Assembly: GCA_021432655.1 (NCBI GenBank)
Contig: MU271661.1
Coordinates: 1 to 34,361, forward strand
Direction of reading: 5' to 3'
DNA length: 34,361 bases
From: Atractiella rhizophila
Taxonomy: Eukaryota
The notes beneath the pieces are model-generated. The model was not told the DNA's origin. It made no database searches and saw nothing but the letters and a program-made list of their open reading frames with translations. Each line of letters starts with the position of its first letter. Positions within the stretch are counted from its first letter, which is position 1. Of the stretch, positions 23,001 to 34,361 are shown piece by piece. The translations under genes were made by a program, and so were the position numbers.

Positions 23001-23158
23001 CTGTCCTCCAGCTCCTTCCCCGCCAGCTGTCCCTGTCCCAAGTCCACATCGCGTTGCTCAAGGGAGAGCCGCGATTTGCGATCATCACTGGTCTTCTCAT
23101 CATGCGAGGAAAGGGAGCCAGCGCTCGAAACTGGTGTCCTGGGTTCATGATCCGCCAT
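20066..23158 (-). CDS. MFS sugar porter, lactose permease/cellodextrin transporter-like (copy 2, tandem paralog)
   Basis: Same motif series (GYDGSLMTAINGM, DKFGRRWGM, GRFVLGFGIA, PPHWRGKIVGCYNSGW, SPRWLYANGKQQEAIDFLVRYHGNG, YPAECLQTEVRAKG, ETVGRTLEELEEVFNAPNPVKAS), with more introns and several microexons. Confidence 0.92.
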
Positions 23159-24050
23159 TGAGATGTTTGTGACAAGTTACGACGCGAAATGAATGTCCGG
23201 CTCAACGACGAGGCTGTCTTTATGCTGCTACGGTCGTGCCCAAATATGATATATTAGACGTGGGGACTCCTTGCATATCCTGTCATACCCCACACTTGAT
23301 GATGCACTATTGCTGATCTAGAGAGATCCAAACGCCGAATGTTGACGGCTCCAAATTAAGCAGCAGAATGCCAAGATTTGTACAGCATTTGTGACAACAC
23401 ACAAAACACCAAGCAACCAAAACGGCTTGCTGAACGTTTCAGTATCTTTATCTTCGCGTTCGTAAACCTTCAACAGAGAAATTTGGGAAAGAAGCTGGAG
23501 GGTGATAAGATTTAGAGGCCAAAAAAATGAGGTGGAATTTGGTAAACGGAACCTCGCGATGAAGAGAAGACGTAGAGGGCAAGCGCAGTTGTAGTTGGAA
23601 AACTTGGGAAAAAAAGAAAGATTACGTAATGTAAGCCTTCCTCATTAGTGGTTGCTGCGCAACAACAAGGGAACCTTCAGTTATCCCATACTCCCCAAAT
23701 TTGGTTTGGTATTTTATTTTTCCCTCGATTCCTCCAATAGCAGCCTGAAGCAACTGATGTGACCTGATATACAGTTTCGCGATGCAACGCCAATTTTTTG
23801 TGAACCGAAATGTTGTGGTACAAGATGCCAATTGCTCCCGTCTTTCTCACGAACAACACGAATGTCTCACTCACACACTCTGACGCCGAAACAACTCTCT
23901 ATCATGCCTCACTTCAACAACGAAGTTCTTTTTTCTCTGCAACTGTGCATCCTCGTGCGGCTGTCTATTTTGCATCAGCGCGCTGTAGCATCGACGATTA
24001 CATCGCCCAATCACACTTTCTGTCTTCGAGCGAAATTTTGAGCGAAGAAA

Positions 24051-25322
24051 ATGGTGTTTGGATTGTTTGGAATGGGAATGGACGTGAAGAAGGGTGGGAT
24101 ATCGTTAGGGACAAAAAGAATGAGTGTCATCGATGTTTCCTGCAGGCAGGAGAAATCGAAGAATAATGAAGGTACGCTTTTTTCCTCCTACCTTTATTCT
24201 GCCTGGATGTGGGGTTGCAGCACCGCCAAAAATGCACTCTCCTCTAGCAGTACCACCGCGACAACACCTTCTCTGCCCTCTACATCAATATCGACGCGTC
24301 AAGCACCGACACGCGCCATATTCCCGAACGAGATCATTTGCTCGATTGTAAACGAGCTGTATGAGATCTCATACCCAGCACGCGCATTTGCCGACTACGG
24401 CCTCGTCTCGCGGTCGTTCTATGGCTGCGTCCAGCCTCTGCTCTTCACACACGCGTCTTTCGTCGCTCGAAACGCGTCGGATTCACCCTGCACTCGACTC
24501 GCACTCTTCGAACATCTCCTAGCGCAGGATCCGTGGAAAGCTTCACTCGTACGCTCGTTGGAGATCAAGTTCCCAACCCCTCGAACTGTCTTCAGTTTCC
24601 CCTCTTATCTCACCAGCCTGAAATACCTCGCGCTTTCACGTATCGACTTCACCCAACTCTCTTCCGCCACTCCACTCCCCTCTTCCCTCCATACCCTCGT
24701 CATCGACTCCGGCACCGGTGCTCTCTCCAATTTAATTTCCTTCCTCCGAAACAGCAAAGGAAAGCTCAAGGTCTTGAAGATGCGAACGGACTGGTCGTGC
24801 ACCTGGGATGCCCTGGAAATCCACGATTTCGTACTCTTCTTCGCCTGCGGCCTTCAGTCGTTGGAAATGGCTTTCAAGTCGGCAGCGGTAGACGTTGGAC
24901 CTTCCCATGCAGTCGAGGAGCCTTGTAAAGGCCACGAGTGCCTAGAGACCCATACCTACGTTGCCGACTCCACCTTCCTCCATCTTTTGCAGCGAAGGGA
25001 AATTGCGAACTCGGAGAAGTTGAAGAGACTCGTTCTTCATGGTACAGCTAGTGCAGATATCCTCCAGGTCATCCCTTCGTCCATCCACGAGTTGGTGGTT
25101 TGCGTCAACTCGACTAAGGAACCATTGGGTCTTGGTCCTGTGCGCGAACTTTTGCAGGATGAGATGATGAAGAAGCCGAAATCGATTGTGTTTGTGGATA
25201 CGGGGAGGTCGACTTTTGATGAACGCGATGCGGCAGCGTGGGAACTGTGGGGTGATGTGAAGGACACTGCTGAGGAGATCAAGATCGATGTGACATTCGA
25301 GTTGTTGCAGTGCGTCCAATAG
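24051..25322 (+). CDS. F-box-like / LRR-like protein
   Basis: 423-codon ORF with IFPNEIICSIVNELY..AFADYGLVSRSFYGCVQPLLF (F-box-like) and LRR-like units SLKYLALSRI, SLHTLVID, KLKVLKM, KLKRLVLH. The true start may be a later ATG (e.g. 24208). Confidence 0.8.
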   Translation: MVFGLFGMGMDVKKGGISLGTKRMSVIDVSCRQEKSKNNEGTLFSSYLYSAWMWGCSTAKNALSSSSTTATTPSLPSTSISTRQAPTRAIFPNEIICSIVNELYEISYPARAFADYGLVSRSFYGCVQPLLFTHASFVARNASDSPCTRLALFEHLLAQDPWKASLVRSLEIKFPTPRTVFSFPSYLTSLKYLALSRIDFTQLSSATPLPSSLHTLVIDSGTGALSNLISFLRNSKGKLKVLKMRTDWSCTWDALEIHDFVLFFACGLQSLEMAFKSAAVDVGPSHAVEEPCKGHECLETHTYVADSTFLHLLQRREIANSEKLKRLVLHGTASADILQVIPSSIHELVVCVNSTKEPLGLGPVRELLQDEMMKKPKSIVFVDTGRSTFDERDAAAWELWGDVKDTAEEIKIDVTFELLQCVQ

Positions 25323-27626
25323 TGTGATCGCGAAAAGTGATTGCTGATGTTGGTTTCTAGCGCTGGGGAATTTCTTGGAGATGCAACGGAGCGAGTCCTC
25401 AGTTTGATAGAATAGACGTTTTCGTCCTTTCTTGTTCAGCGTAGTTCAGCTCGCTTTGTAAGTGCTTTTACAATTAGTCTTCTTGGTTAGAAGTTGTTGT
25501 TTTCTTTGTAGTAATGTTTTGGTTCCAATATAGTAGTGCAATAAATTGAATGATTTCAGCACCAACGTTCTACAATATTAGGTCTCCTGAAGCTCTCCCA
25601 GATCAGCCGATACATGCACAGCTCCTAACGATCAAGCACAGTTACCTTCAAAATTGTCGTAAAACTGTGACTTCGTTGCTTCTTTGATTCCGCGAATGCG
25701 TCAAGTCTCTGACCCAAACGCAACGCTAGAACAAATTCTGCCGCAGGAGACATGGTTGCGCTCCGTGGAACTATTAAGGAACGTTCTTTTTTCAAGGAAT
25801 AATTCCCCTTGAGGAAGCAGAACTTGATAAAACAGATGGATGGCAGATATGGCACAAACACGAGCAGTTCCGCCTTTCCATGGGGGAGCCAGATGCCACA
25901 GCGACCGCCGACAAAACCCTGAATCACGATGTATGCTGCTAGTACGATGGCATGGACGCTGAAATTTACCATGAGAGTGCATTGTTAACGATCTCTTTTA
26001 TATCCAAGATAGGAACTGACGCGCCGTCATAAGGTTTACAGAAAGATGAACAGTCTCGCTACAACAGTTTTGATCAACTGCGTAGACCTGGATACCATGC
26101 TGGTTCAAGCGCTGGAAGTCATGAGAACTTGAGCTCCAGCATTTGGACAGTTAAGATGGGACACCATACATTTTCTAAGTCCCGCCAATACTTTCGACTT
26201 GTTCTCTAGTCGATTCTTGGTCGCCTCAGGAATCTGTTTACTCCCAGAAGTGACCTGTACGAGGAACCCAAACAGTCAGCGAGAGCGTCGACACGGGGGC
26301 GAGTTTCTAATGGGACGAATGAAAGTGGCATGAATGAACGAACCTTGAGTTGTCCATCGATCTCATCCTTCACAGACATTTGAAGCAAGTCCGTCCAAAT
26401 GGTGACCCAATCGTCGTTTTGTTCCTTCTCCGAGGTCGGACGCACCAGCGAATCGTTGTCCAAGGCATCGTGAAAGTCCTCAGGCAGTCGATCGCATACA
26501 GAATGGATCACTTCAGACAAACAATCTGGTCCGTCGGAGGTGACAACAATTCTCCCAATCGAGTTTAACAGCGCCGTTGATGTCGATGCCCCATTCTCGG
26601 GAGTAGATTCTGATCCTTCACTCCCTAATTCTCCTGTGTGCTGTCCCAAGGGGAATGACGTTAGTAGTCTAGACGTATCAGGTGCCGCATTGTTTATCTG
26701 TTCATACAGCTCCTGAACACCCATTGGAGTCTTTACTTCGGAGTGCCTTGTTCGGACAAGATCTTCTAAATCCATCCACCCACGTTCCTCGTCCTCCTCA
26801 TGCTCTTTATCCCATTCCTCGTTCAGCCTTTTGCTTTGTTTCATGTTGACCTGCCTCATCATCTCCCTCATACCGCCGCCGTTTTCACCAACAACTACTT
26901 TAAAACTTGGCATCCCCAAGCTACTCAAATTTTTGAAAAATCGGAAGATCCCAAATATTCCTCCGGTCTCTTCTTCGTTCACTTTCGATGCTGATGGGGA
27001 GTTACGTCCCCATATATATGTGGCAGGGCTTCGTGGTTCAGGATTAATGACTCGAGGGAGGGCTCTCTGCTTGGGGAGGAACTTGAAAGCGAACTGGCTC
27101 GGGGTTGCACCCCCATCAGCTTCGCCCTGCGAATCCTTGTCCAACCTATTCATCTTTTCAGCAATCGTTCTGTACCTGAATGCAGACGGAAGGGCGAGTC
27201 GTTTAATAAGCGTGTGATCTACTCCTGCTTCGTCGAGCGATAGTGGTCGATCGGCTTTGAGAAGGATCGTCACTCGTTCAGACTCTTTGTCCTTCCGCGC
27301 GAATTCGGCGAGGTAGACAGGCTGGTAGACGGGGTACGCGAGCAGGATTGACTCGCTTCCTTCTTTCGATAACGCTCCTCCGGTAGATTCTATCAGCTTT
27401 GAAATCATGTTGGTCGGCACGATGGAGAATGGGAGGATTTCGGGTGGTGTGCTGGAAATGCTAGTAGGCGTGGAGGTGTAAGAAGAGAATGGGAGACATC
27501 TGTCCTCGGGGATGGGCCGGGTGTCCAAGATGGGACAATCGCTTAATATCGGTGTGGTGAATGCTGGGAGGGTGATTGACATGGAAGAGACTGAAGACAA
27601 GTCGTAACGGTTAAAGACTGCGAAGA
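25273..27626. repeat. Tandem duplication unit 1 (~2.35 kb)
   Basis: Near-identical to 27627-29989; begins in the last codons of the F-box ORF and ends at ..GACTGCGAAGA. Confidence 0.97.
26074..27590 (-). pseudogene. 5'-truncated duplicate (or second allele) of the 3' exons of the hypothetical gene at 31026-28434
   Basis: Large exon intact and almost identical to that in unit 2. It keeps the branch point and acceptor (27591) but lacks promoter and 5' exons. Confidence 0.75.
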
Positions 27627-29989
27627 AGGAGCTCAAGATAGATGTGGACTTTGAGTTGTTGCAGTGCGTCCAATAGTTTGATCGCGAAAAGTGATTGCTG
27701 ATGTTGGTTTCTAGTGCTGGGGAATTTCTTGGAGATGCAACAAAGCGAGTCCTCAGTTTGATAGAATAGGCGTTTTCGTCCTTTCTTGTTTAATTGTGAA
27801 AGCACTTACAGAGTGAGCGAAAACAACGATAGTGTTCTTGGTTAGAAGTTGTTGTTTCGTTGTAGTAATGTTATGGTTCCAATATAGTAGTGCAATAAAT
27901 TAAATGATTTCAGCACCAACGTTCTACGATATTAGGTCTCCTGGAGCTCTCCTAGATCAGCCGATACATGCACAGCTCCTAACGATCAAGCACAGTTACC
28001 TTCCTTCAAAATTGTCGTAAAACTGTTACTTCGTTGCTTCTTTGATTCCGTGAATGCGTCAAGTCTCTGACCCAAACGCAACGCTAGAACAAATCTGCTG
28101 CAGGAGGCATGGTTGCGCGCCGTGGCACTATAAAGGAACGTTCTTTTTTCAAGGAATAATTCCCCTTGAGAGAGCAGAACTTGATAAAACAGATGGATGG
28201 CAGATATGGCACAAACACAAGCAGTTCCGCCTTTCCATCAGGGGAGCCAGATGCCAACAGCGATCGCTGACGAAAACCCTGAATCACGATGGATGCTGCT
28301 AGTACGATGGCATGGACGCTGAAATTTACCATGAGAGTGCATTGTTAACGATCTCTTTTATATCCAAGATAGGAACTGACGCGCCGTCATAAGGTTTACA
28401 GAAAGATGAACAGTCTCGCTACAACAGTTTTGATCAACTGCGTAGACCTGGATACCATGCTGGTTCAAGCGCTGGAAGTCATGAGAACTTGAGCTCCAGC
28501 ATTTGGACAGTTAAGATGGGACACCATACATTTTCTAAGTCCCGCCAATACTTTCGACTTGTTCTCTAGCCGATTCTTGGTCGCCTCAGGAATCTGTTTA
28601 CTCCCAGAAGTGACCTGTACAAGAAACCCAAGCAGTCAGCGAGAGCGTCGACACGGGGGCGAGTTTCTAATGGGACGAATGAAAGTGGCATGAATGAACG
28701 AACCTTGAGTTGCTGTCCATCGATCTCATCCTTCACAGACATTTGAAGCAAGTCCGTCCAAATGGTGACCCAATCGTCGTTTTGTTCCTTCTCCGAGGTC
28801 GGACGCACCAGCGAATCGTTGTCCAAGGCATCGTGAAAGTCCTCAGGCAGTCGATCGCATACAGAATGGATCACTTCAGACAAACAATCTGGTCCGTCTG
28901 AGGTGACAACGATCCTCCCAATCGAGTTTAACAGCGCCGTTGATGTCGATGCCCCATTCTCAGGAGTAGATTCTGATCCTTCACTCCCTAATTCTCCTGT
29001 GTGCTGTCCCAAGGGGAATGACGTTAGTAGTCTAGACGTATCAGGTGCCGCATTGTTTATCTGTTCATACAGCTCCTGAACACCCATTGGAGTCTTTACT
29101 TCGGAGTGCCTTGTTCGGACAAGATCTTCTAAATCCATCCATCCACGTTCCTCGTCCTCCTCATGCTCCTTATCCCATTCCTCGTTCAGCCTTTTACTTT
29201 GTTTCATGTTGACCTGCCTCATCATCTCCCTCATACCGCCACCGTTTTCACCAACAACTACTTTAAAACTTGGCATCCCCAAGCTACTCAAATTTTTGAA
29301 AAATCGAAAGATCCCAAATATTCCTCCAGTCTCTTCTTCGTCCACTTTCGATGCTGATGGGGAGTTACGTCCCCATATATACGTGGCAGGGCTTCGTGGT
29401 TCAGGATTAATGACTCGAGGGAGGGCTCTCTGCTTGGGGAGGAACTTGAAAGCGAACTGGCTCGGGGTTGCACCGCCATCAGTCTCGCCCTGTGAATCCT
29501 TGTCCAACCTATTCATTTTTTCAGCAATCGTTCTGTACCTGAATGCAGACGGAAGGGCGAGTCGTTTAATAAGCGCCTGATCTACTCCTGCTTCGTCGAG
29601 CGATAGTGGTCGATCGGCTTTGAGAAGGATCGTCACTCGTTCAGACTCTTTGTCCTTCCGCGCGAATTCGGCGAGGTAGACAGGCTGGTAGACGGGGTAC
29701 GCGAGCAGGATTGACTCGCTTCCTTCTTTCGATAACGCTCCTCCGGTAGATTCTATCAGCTTTGAAATCATGTTGGTCGGCACGATGGAGAATGGGAGGA
29801 TTTCGGGTGGTGTGCTGGAAATGCTAGTAGGCGTGGAGGTGTAAGAAGAGAATGGGAGACATCTGTCCTCGGGGATGGGCCGGGTGTCCAAGATGGGACA
29901 ATCGCTTAATATCGGTGTGGTGAATGCTGGGAGGGTGATTGACATGGAAGAGACTGAAGACAAGTCGTAACGGTTAAAGACTGCGAAGA
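27627..29989. repeat. Tandem duplication unit 2 (~2.36 kb)
   Basis: Direct repeat of 25273-27626; junction GACTGCGAAGA|AGGAGCTCAAG at 27626/27627. Confidence 0.97.
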
Positions 29990-31026
29990 CCCGAAAAGGG
30001 AAATGGCGTACGAAACATTGCTTTACTTTCTTCGTCTCCGCCTTTGCCTGCCAATTTTAAGTTGGCGGCCAAACTGAGGTACCAAAAAGGGAGGAAGAAG
30101 GGTTGGAAAGACTGCAGTTTGGCGAGGCGGGACTCGTCGACAAGGGTATCTATGCCGAAATTTTCGGCGCCAGGACCCTTTGATAGAAAATTGGCGGCCA
30201 TGTAAACATCGGCATTCCTAGAGTAACATTGACGCTTTCATCTTGGTCAGAAAGGAAGATGTAGGACGGAAAGGGGACGGACGAGGTATCTGTTTTTTGG
30301 TGCAAAGTACAGTTGCGCAACTTCGGCAGCATACTCTCGAGCCCAGTCTGAAGGAACGTGGAATGGGAGGTCTGGAAGCAAGGACATTGGTTAGTAATCA
30401 ACGCACAACAAGAACTCCCAGAATTCCGATTAGCAGGGCTGCCGCTGAACAGCAACGAGCACGATATACAGAAAGTACCTTTCGTCTTATTCTAGATACA
30501 CCTCCTGAAGATGCCAGGAGGAGGACTTTCTAGCGAATAGAAACTTTGGCCAAAAGCAAGGACACTGCATTAAATAAGTATCAGATCTGGTCAAACACTT
30601 GCCCGAAAATAATCATGAACGCTTTTCCAGAAAGGAGGATGTCAATAAATGTTGGATTTTGAAAGCGTTGATCTAGAAAGTGATGCTTTCTTTTTTCTGT
30701 TTGATATTTGTGGTCAAAGTGCTTAACTTGATAAGAAGACGCGGAAAGAGACCGTTCTAGAAAGCATAGCATAAAAGGCAATACTCACATCCAATTTTAT
30801 TGCTTGTCCTTTACAAACCCAATAAATCAATACGAAGACTTGTTACAATTCTACTTCCACAGGGAAAACTAGGAAAGTTAGTGACACACCGTGGGTTTGC
30901 CTCTCCTGGAGCAGCAGACGTTGAAGCTGCTCGACTATTTGTTCTCCGGATGGTCGTGCTCTGGTGGATTGCGACTCGCCTGGAAAGAGCAAAAGGAGAG
31001 GCAGAGCGAGTGCGTAGAAAGAGCAT
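28434..31026 (-). CDS. Hypothetical protein with a mitochondrial-presequence-like N-terminus
   Basis: Start MLFLRTRSASPFALSRRVAIHQSTTIRRTNSRAAS (R/S-rich, no acidic residues); later exons LPFHVPSDWARE and FQPFFLPFWYLSL; intron 30011-29954; large exon of ~415 codons; terminal exons ending SLEPAWYPGLRS*. The 5' exon structure is only partly resolved. Confidence 0.7.
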
Positions 31027-31274
31027 ACTGCCCTTTTTTTAAAGTTGCACCTGCTGAGGGCCGTAAGTTAAGACGTGATGCTCGCATGAGGCTTACCTCG
31101 TACTTCTAGCTATTTTATGAAGGACTCTGCTGCAGCAGTCAATGGCAATGGTTTACAATGAATCAACAAAACTTTGTCCTGTGTAGTTCAGTCTTTCCTT
31201 TTTTGGAGGGTTGCCAGCTAAGTCATTACATATTTCAATCTCCAACAGCCAAACTCTCAAGCTAAACCCAAAAA

Positions 31275-31280
31275 ACGCGT
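31275..31280. promoter_or_regulatory. Possible MCB (ACGCGT) element upstream of SMC3
   Basis: AAAAACGCGT about 50 nt before the SMC3 ATG, with a further CGCG nearby; a short motif that may be chance. Confidence 0.3.
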
Positions 31281-31330
31281 CTTTCATTCTCGTTTGCGCG
31301 TTCTGAGCTCAAATTGAAGAGGATCCGACG

Positions 31331-34300
31331 ATGCATATCCACTCCCTAACCATCAGCGGGTTCAAGTCCTACCGGGACGCGACAACAGTCACCTTCCACA
31401 AAGGTGCGAACGTAGTCGTTGGTCGGAACGGGTCTGGAAAGTCCAACTTCTTCTCCGCCGTCCGGTTTGTGCTTTCGGACTCGTACAACTCTTTGCAGAG
31501 GGAGGAGAGGAATGCTTTGTTGCATGAAGGGAGTGGAGCTACGCAGACCTTTTCTGCCTATGTCGAAATTGTGTTTGATAATAAGGATGGGAGGTTTCCA
31601 ACCGGTAGGTTGCTCTCCTTTCTTTGGTACTTAAGCTTTGGCAGTGGGTGATGTGCTGTTGTCATTGGTTGGAAAACATAGGAAAGGACACTCTTACGTT
31701 AAGACGTACCATTGGTGCTAAGAAAGACGACTACCAACTTGACCGGAAGAGCACCTCAAAGGGAGAAGTCATGTCCATACTCGAGAGCGCTGGTTTCTCG
31801 CGGAGCAATCCATACTACATAGTGCCACAGGGGAGGGTGCGTATCGCCATTGTTCCGGAGAATGTAGAGCTTATGCTTGTTTATGTGGCTGTGGCCGGTT
31901 CGGGTGGCAGATTACCCATTTAACTAACCTGAAAGATGCTGAGAGGTTGGATTTGTTGAAGGAGGTGGCGGGTACGAAAGTGTATGAGGACAGGAGGAGC
32001 GAAAGTCTGAAAATCATGGAGGAGACAGGTGCGCCGTCTTTCCTTCCTACCAATCATCTCGCATTTCAGCTCTGACAATGACTGACTTATTGAACGCTGA
32101 CGTTGGATATGATAGACCAAAAGCGCACAAAGATCGACGAGCTCCTCAAATACATAGAGGAACGCCTCACAGAGCTGGAGGAAGAGAAGGAAGAATTGAA
32201 AGAGTTCCAGGTGCGTCCCCTTTCATTCTTCTCCCGCGTCGATACCTTAAGCACACACCTTCTAATGATTTTTTCCCTTTGTGATGTATGCACAGACTAA
32301 AGATCGTGATCGGAGATGTTTGGAGTATGCGATTTATCAGCGGGATTTGGAGGAAGTGAGTGCGGCTTTGGAAGAGGTGCGTTCCTCCCGCTGTCTGGCT
32401 GCGACCGAAAAAACTCAATTTGCTTCGCAGATCGAAGCAGAAAGGAAGAAGGATCGTGCGTCCGCTGTGAATCAAAGAAAGGACTTTGCAACGCGTCAGA
32501 AACAGATCTCCGTAAGTACCTCCACTTCCTAACTCACCATCCTATACTTTAGAGGAGAGCTCATAGAATATGTTGGTGAAACAGGCCATTGAGGGTGAGA
32601 TTACGGATGTGAAGAAGGAGATTGAGCTTCTGAAGCTGGATGCAAGTGAGCTCAGCGCGGAGCGACAGGAGAGTGTGAAGGTTCGGACGCAGTTGGAGTG
32701 TCTCATTCGCGATTCGCAGGAGGGACGACGTACGTGTTCCTTTGATCACCCTTGGTTCTAATTGGGAGCTTGACTGACTGAAAATACGTAGGGAGGACGG
32801 CGGACAATCGTACAGCTTGGAGCACGGAGTTGGATCAGATCGAGAGACTGATTGTGGAGAAGGAGGCAGAGTTGATGGAGGTTGTTCCTGAATTGGAGGG
32901 AGTGGAGAAACAGGAAGCTGAAGTGAGACAGAGGTATGTCGCTCCGTACAATTCATGTGAACACGTAAAGTGACAGTTGTTTGAGGAAAGGCATGCACAA
33001 GCGAAGACGGCACAAGAGATCCTGTATGCGAAACAAGGACGGTCCTCCCAGTTCCGTACACAAGCAGAGAGGGATCGTTACCTCCAGTCCGAGATTTCTC
33101 AGCTTCGCTCTTCTGTTGCGACGTACCAGAAACGTATCGCGGACACTCGCCAGGACATCGAATCTCGGAAGCGCACACTGTCGCAGGTGGAGGGGAGAGC
33201 AGGACGATTGGTAGAAGAGTTGGAAGGGAGGGGAGAGAACATAAAACGGTTGAAGGTGGAACTCGATCAGGCGAAGGCAGAGAAGGAAGGAAAGAGCGAG
33301 AGGAAAAAGGAGCTCTGGAAGGAGCAGTTGAAGGTTGGACAGGTGGAGAAGAGCGCAAATGAGGAGTTGAGGAGGGGAGAAGGGGAGTTGAGGAGCATGA
33401 TGGATAAGGTCTGCATTTACTTTCTCACCCATGATTTTTCCAGGGAGATATTCATGTCGCTGTTGACAATCAGCAAACGAGCTCTGGTCTCAGGTCTCTG
33501 GAGAGAATCGTCAATCAGTTACAGATAGAAGGAGTTTATGGACCCGTATACGAACTATTTCAAGTGGGGGATCATTATCGGACTGCAGTCGAGGTTACCG
33601 CAGGAAACAGGTGTGTACTACTATGCTCAGTGAAAAGGCGATCACTGATGGCACTCAGCCTGTTCCATGTCGTTTGCGATACGGATGAGACGGTTCAGAA
33701 AATTCTCACCAAGATGAATCAAGACCGAAGCGGACGATTAACTTTCATCCCTCTGAATCGAGTGCGGACGAGGCAACACAAATATCCATCCGGGGACGAC
33801 GCTGTGCCCATGTAAGTTCTTCATCCGATATTTCTTCTGGTACTAATATCCGCCGTTATGAAGGATAAAGAAGCTCCAGTTCGATCCTGCAGTCACGCCC
33901 GCGATGGAAAACATCTTTGGGAGGACGATCATCTGCAAGAACATGGCCACAGCCGCTGAGTTTACGCGATCCCACAACCTTGACGGTATCACCCTCGACG
34001 GGGACAGGGTAGATCGGAAAGGAACGCTCACTGGAGGATATCAAGACCCGAACCGTTCAAGGCTCCAGACTGTAAGACGTGTACAACATGAGAAGAACGC
34101 TTTGGATGCGGCGAGGTTGAAGGCAAAGGAGATCGACGTCGAACTTGGGAAGCTTAATGGAGAAATCAACACACTTCAAAATCGGCAGGAGAAGCTGGAG
34201 AGGGAATTGGCCGGAATTTTGGGTAAGAGGGATGAGTTGGTGTTGGGGGAGAAGAGGGCGGAGGAAGAGCGAGAGAACCTGGAAGTGACTATCAAGAGGA

Positions 34301-34361
34301 CGGAACTGCAGGTTCGAAGTTTGGAGAGGGACTTGCTGGCTTATGAAACCCAGATTGATTC
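31331..34361 (+). CDS. SMC3: Cohesin subunit SMC3 (5' part; runs off the window)
   Basis: [16 protein letters not shown], Walker [54 protein letters not shown], coiled coil, [11 protein letters not shown], and hinge [37 protein letters not shown]. Confidence 0.97.

Noticed and set aside
32561..33432. Minus-strand ORFs of 265 and 159 aa
   Set aside because: Antisense shadows of SMC3 coiled-coil exons.

Overview
Intron-rich fungal genomic DNA, probably a basidiomycete (short ~45-90 nt GT-AG introns with CTRAY branch points, many microexons, about 50% GC). Recognisable genes, left to right: a decayed F-box/LRR-like pseudogene; a 124-N scaffold gap; a truncated DUF1445-like gene; an atypical SDR oxidoreductase; a hypothetical gene; a low-complexity gene with a possible SSXT-like helical domain and three frame changes; a prolyl oligopeptidase (S9A); two tandem lactose-permease/cellodextrin-type sugar porters; an F-box-like gene; a 2.35 kb tandem duplication covering the 3' part of a hypothetical gene; and the 5' part of cohesin SMC3. 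The most striking observation is that about 2.35 kb next to the gap (1381 to ~3735) is 'mirror' DNA. It has no convincing ORF in the six normal frames. Read backwards WITHOUT complementing, it gives an F-box/LRR gene with a 301-codon open frame and canonical GT-AG introns, and a normally oriented decayed paralog lies just across the gap. This is most likely an assembly/gap-filling string error rather than biology, and raw reads would decide it. All gene models and counts were made by hand and are approximate.
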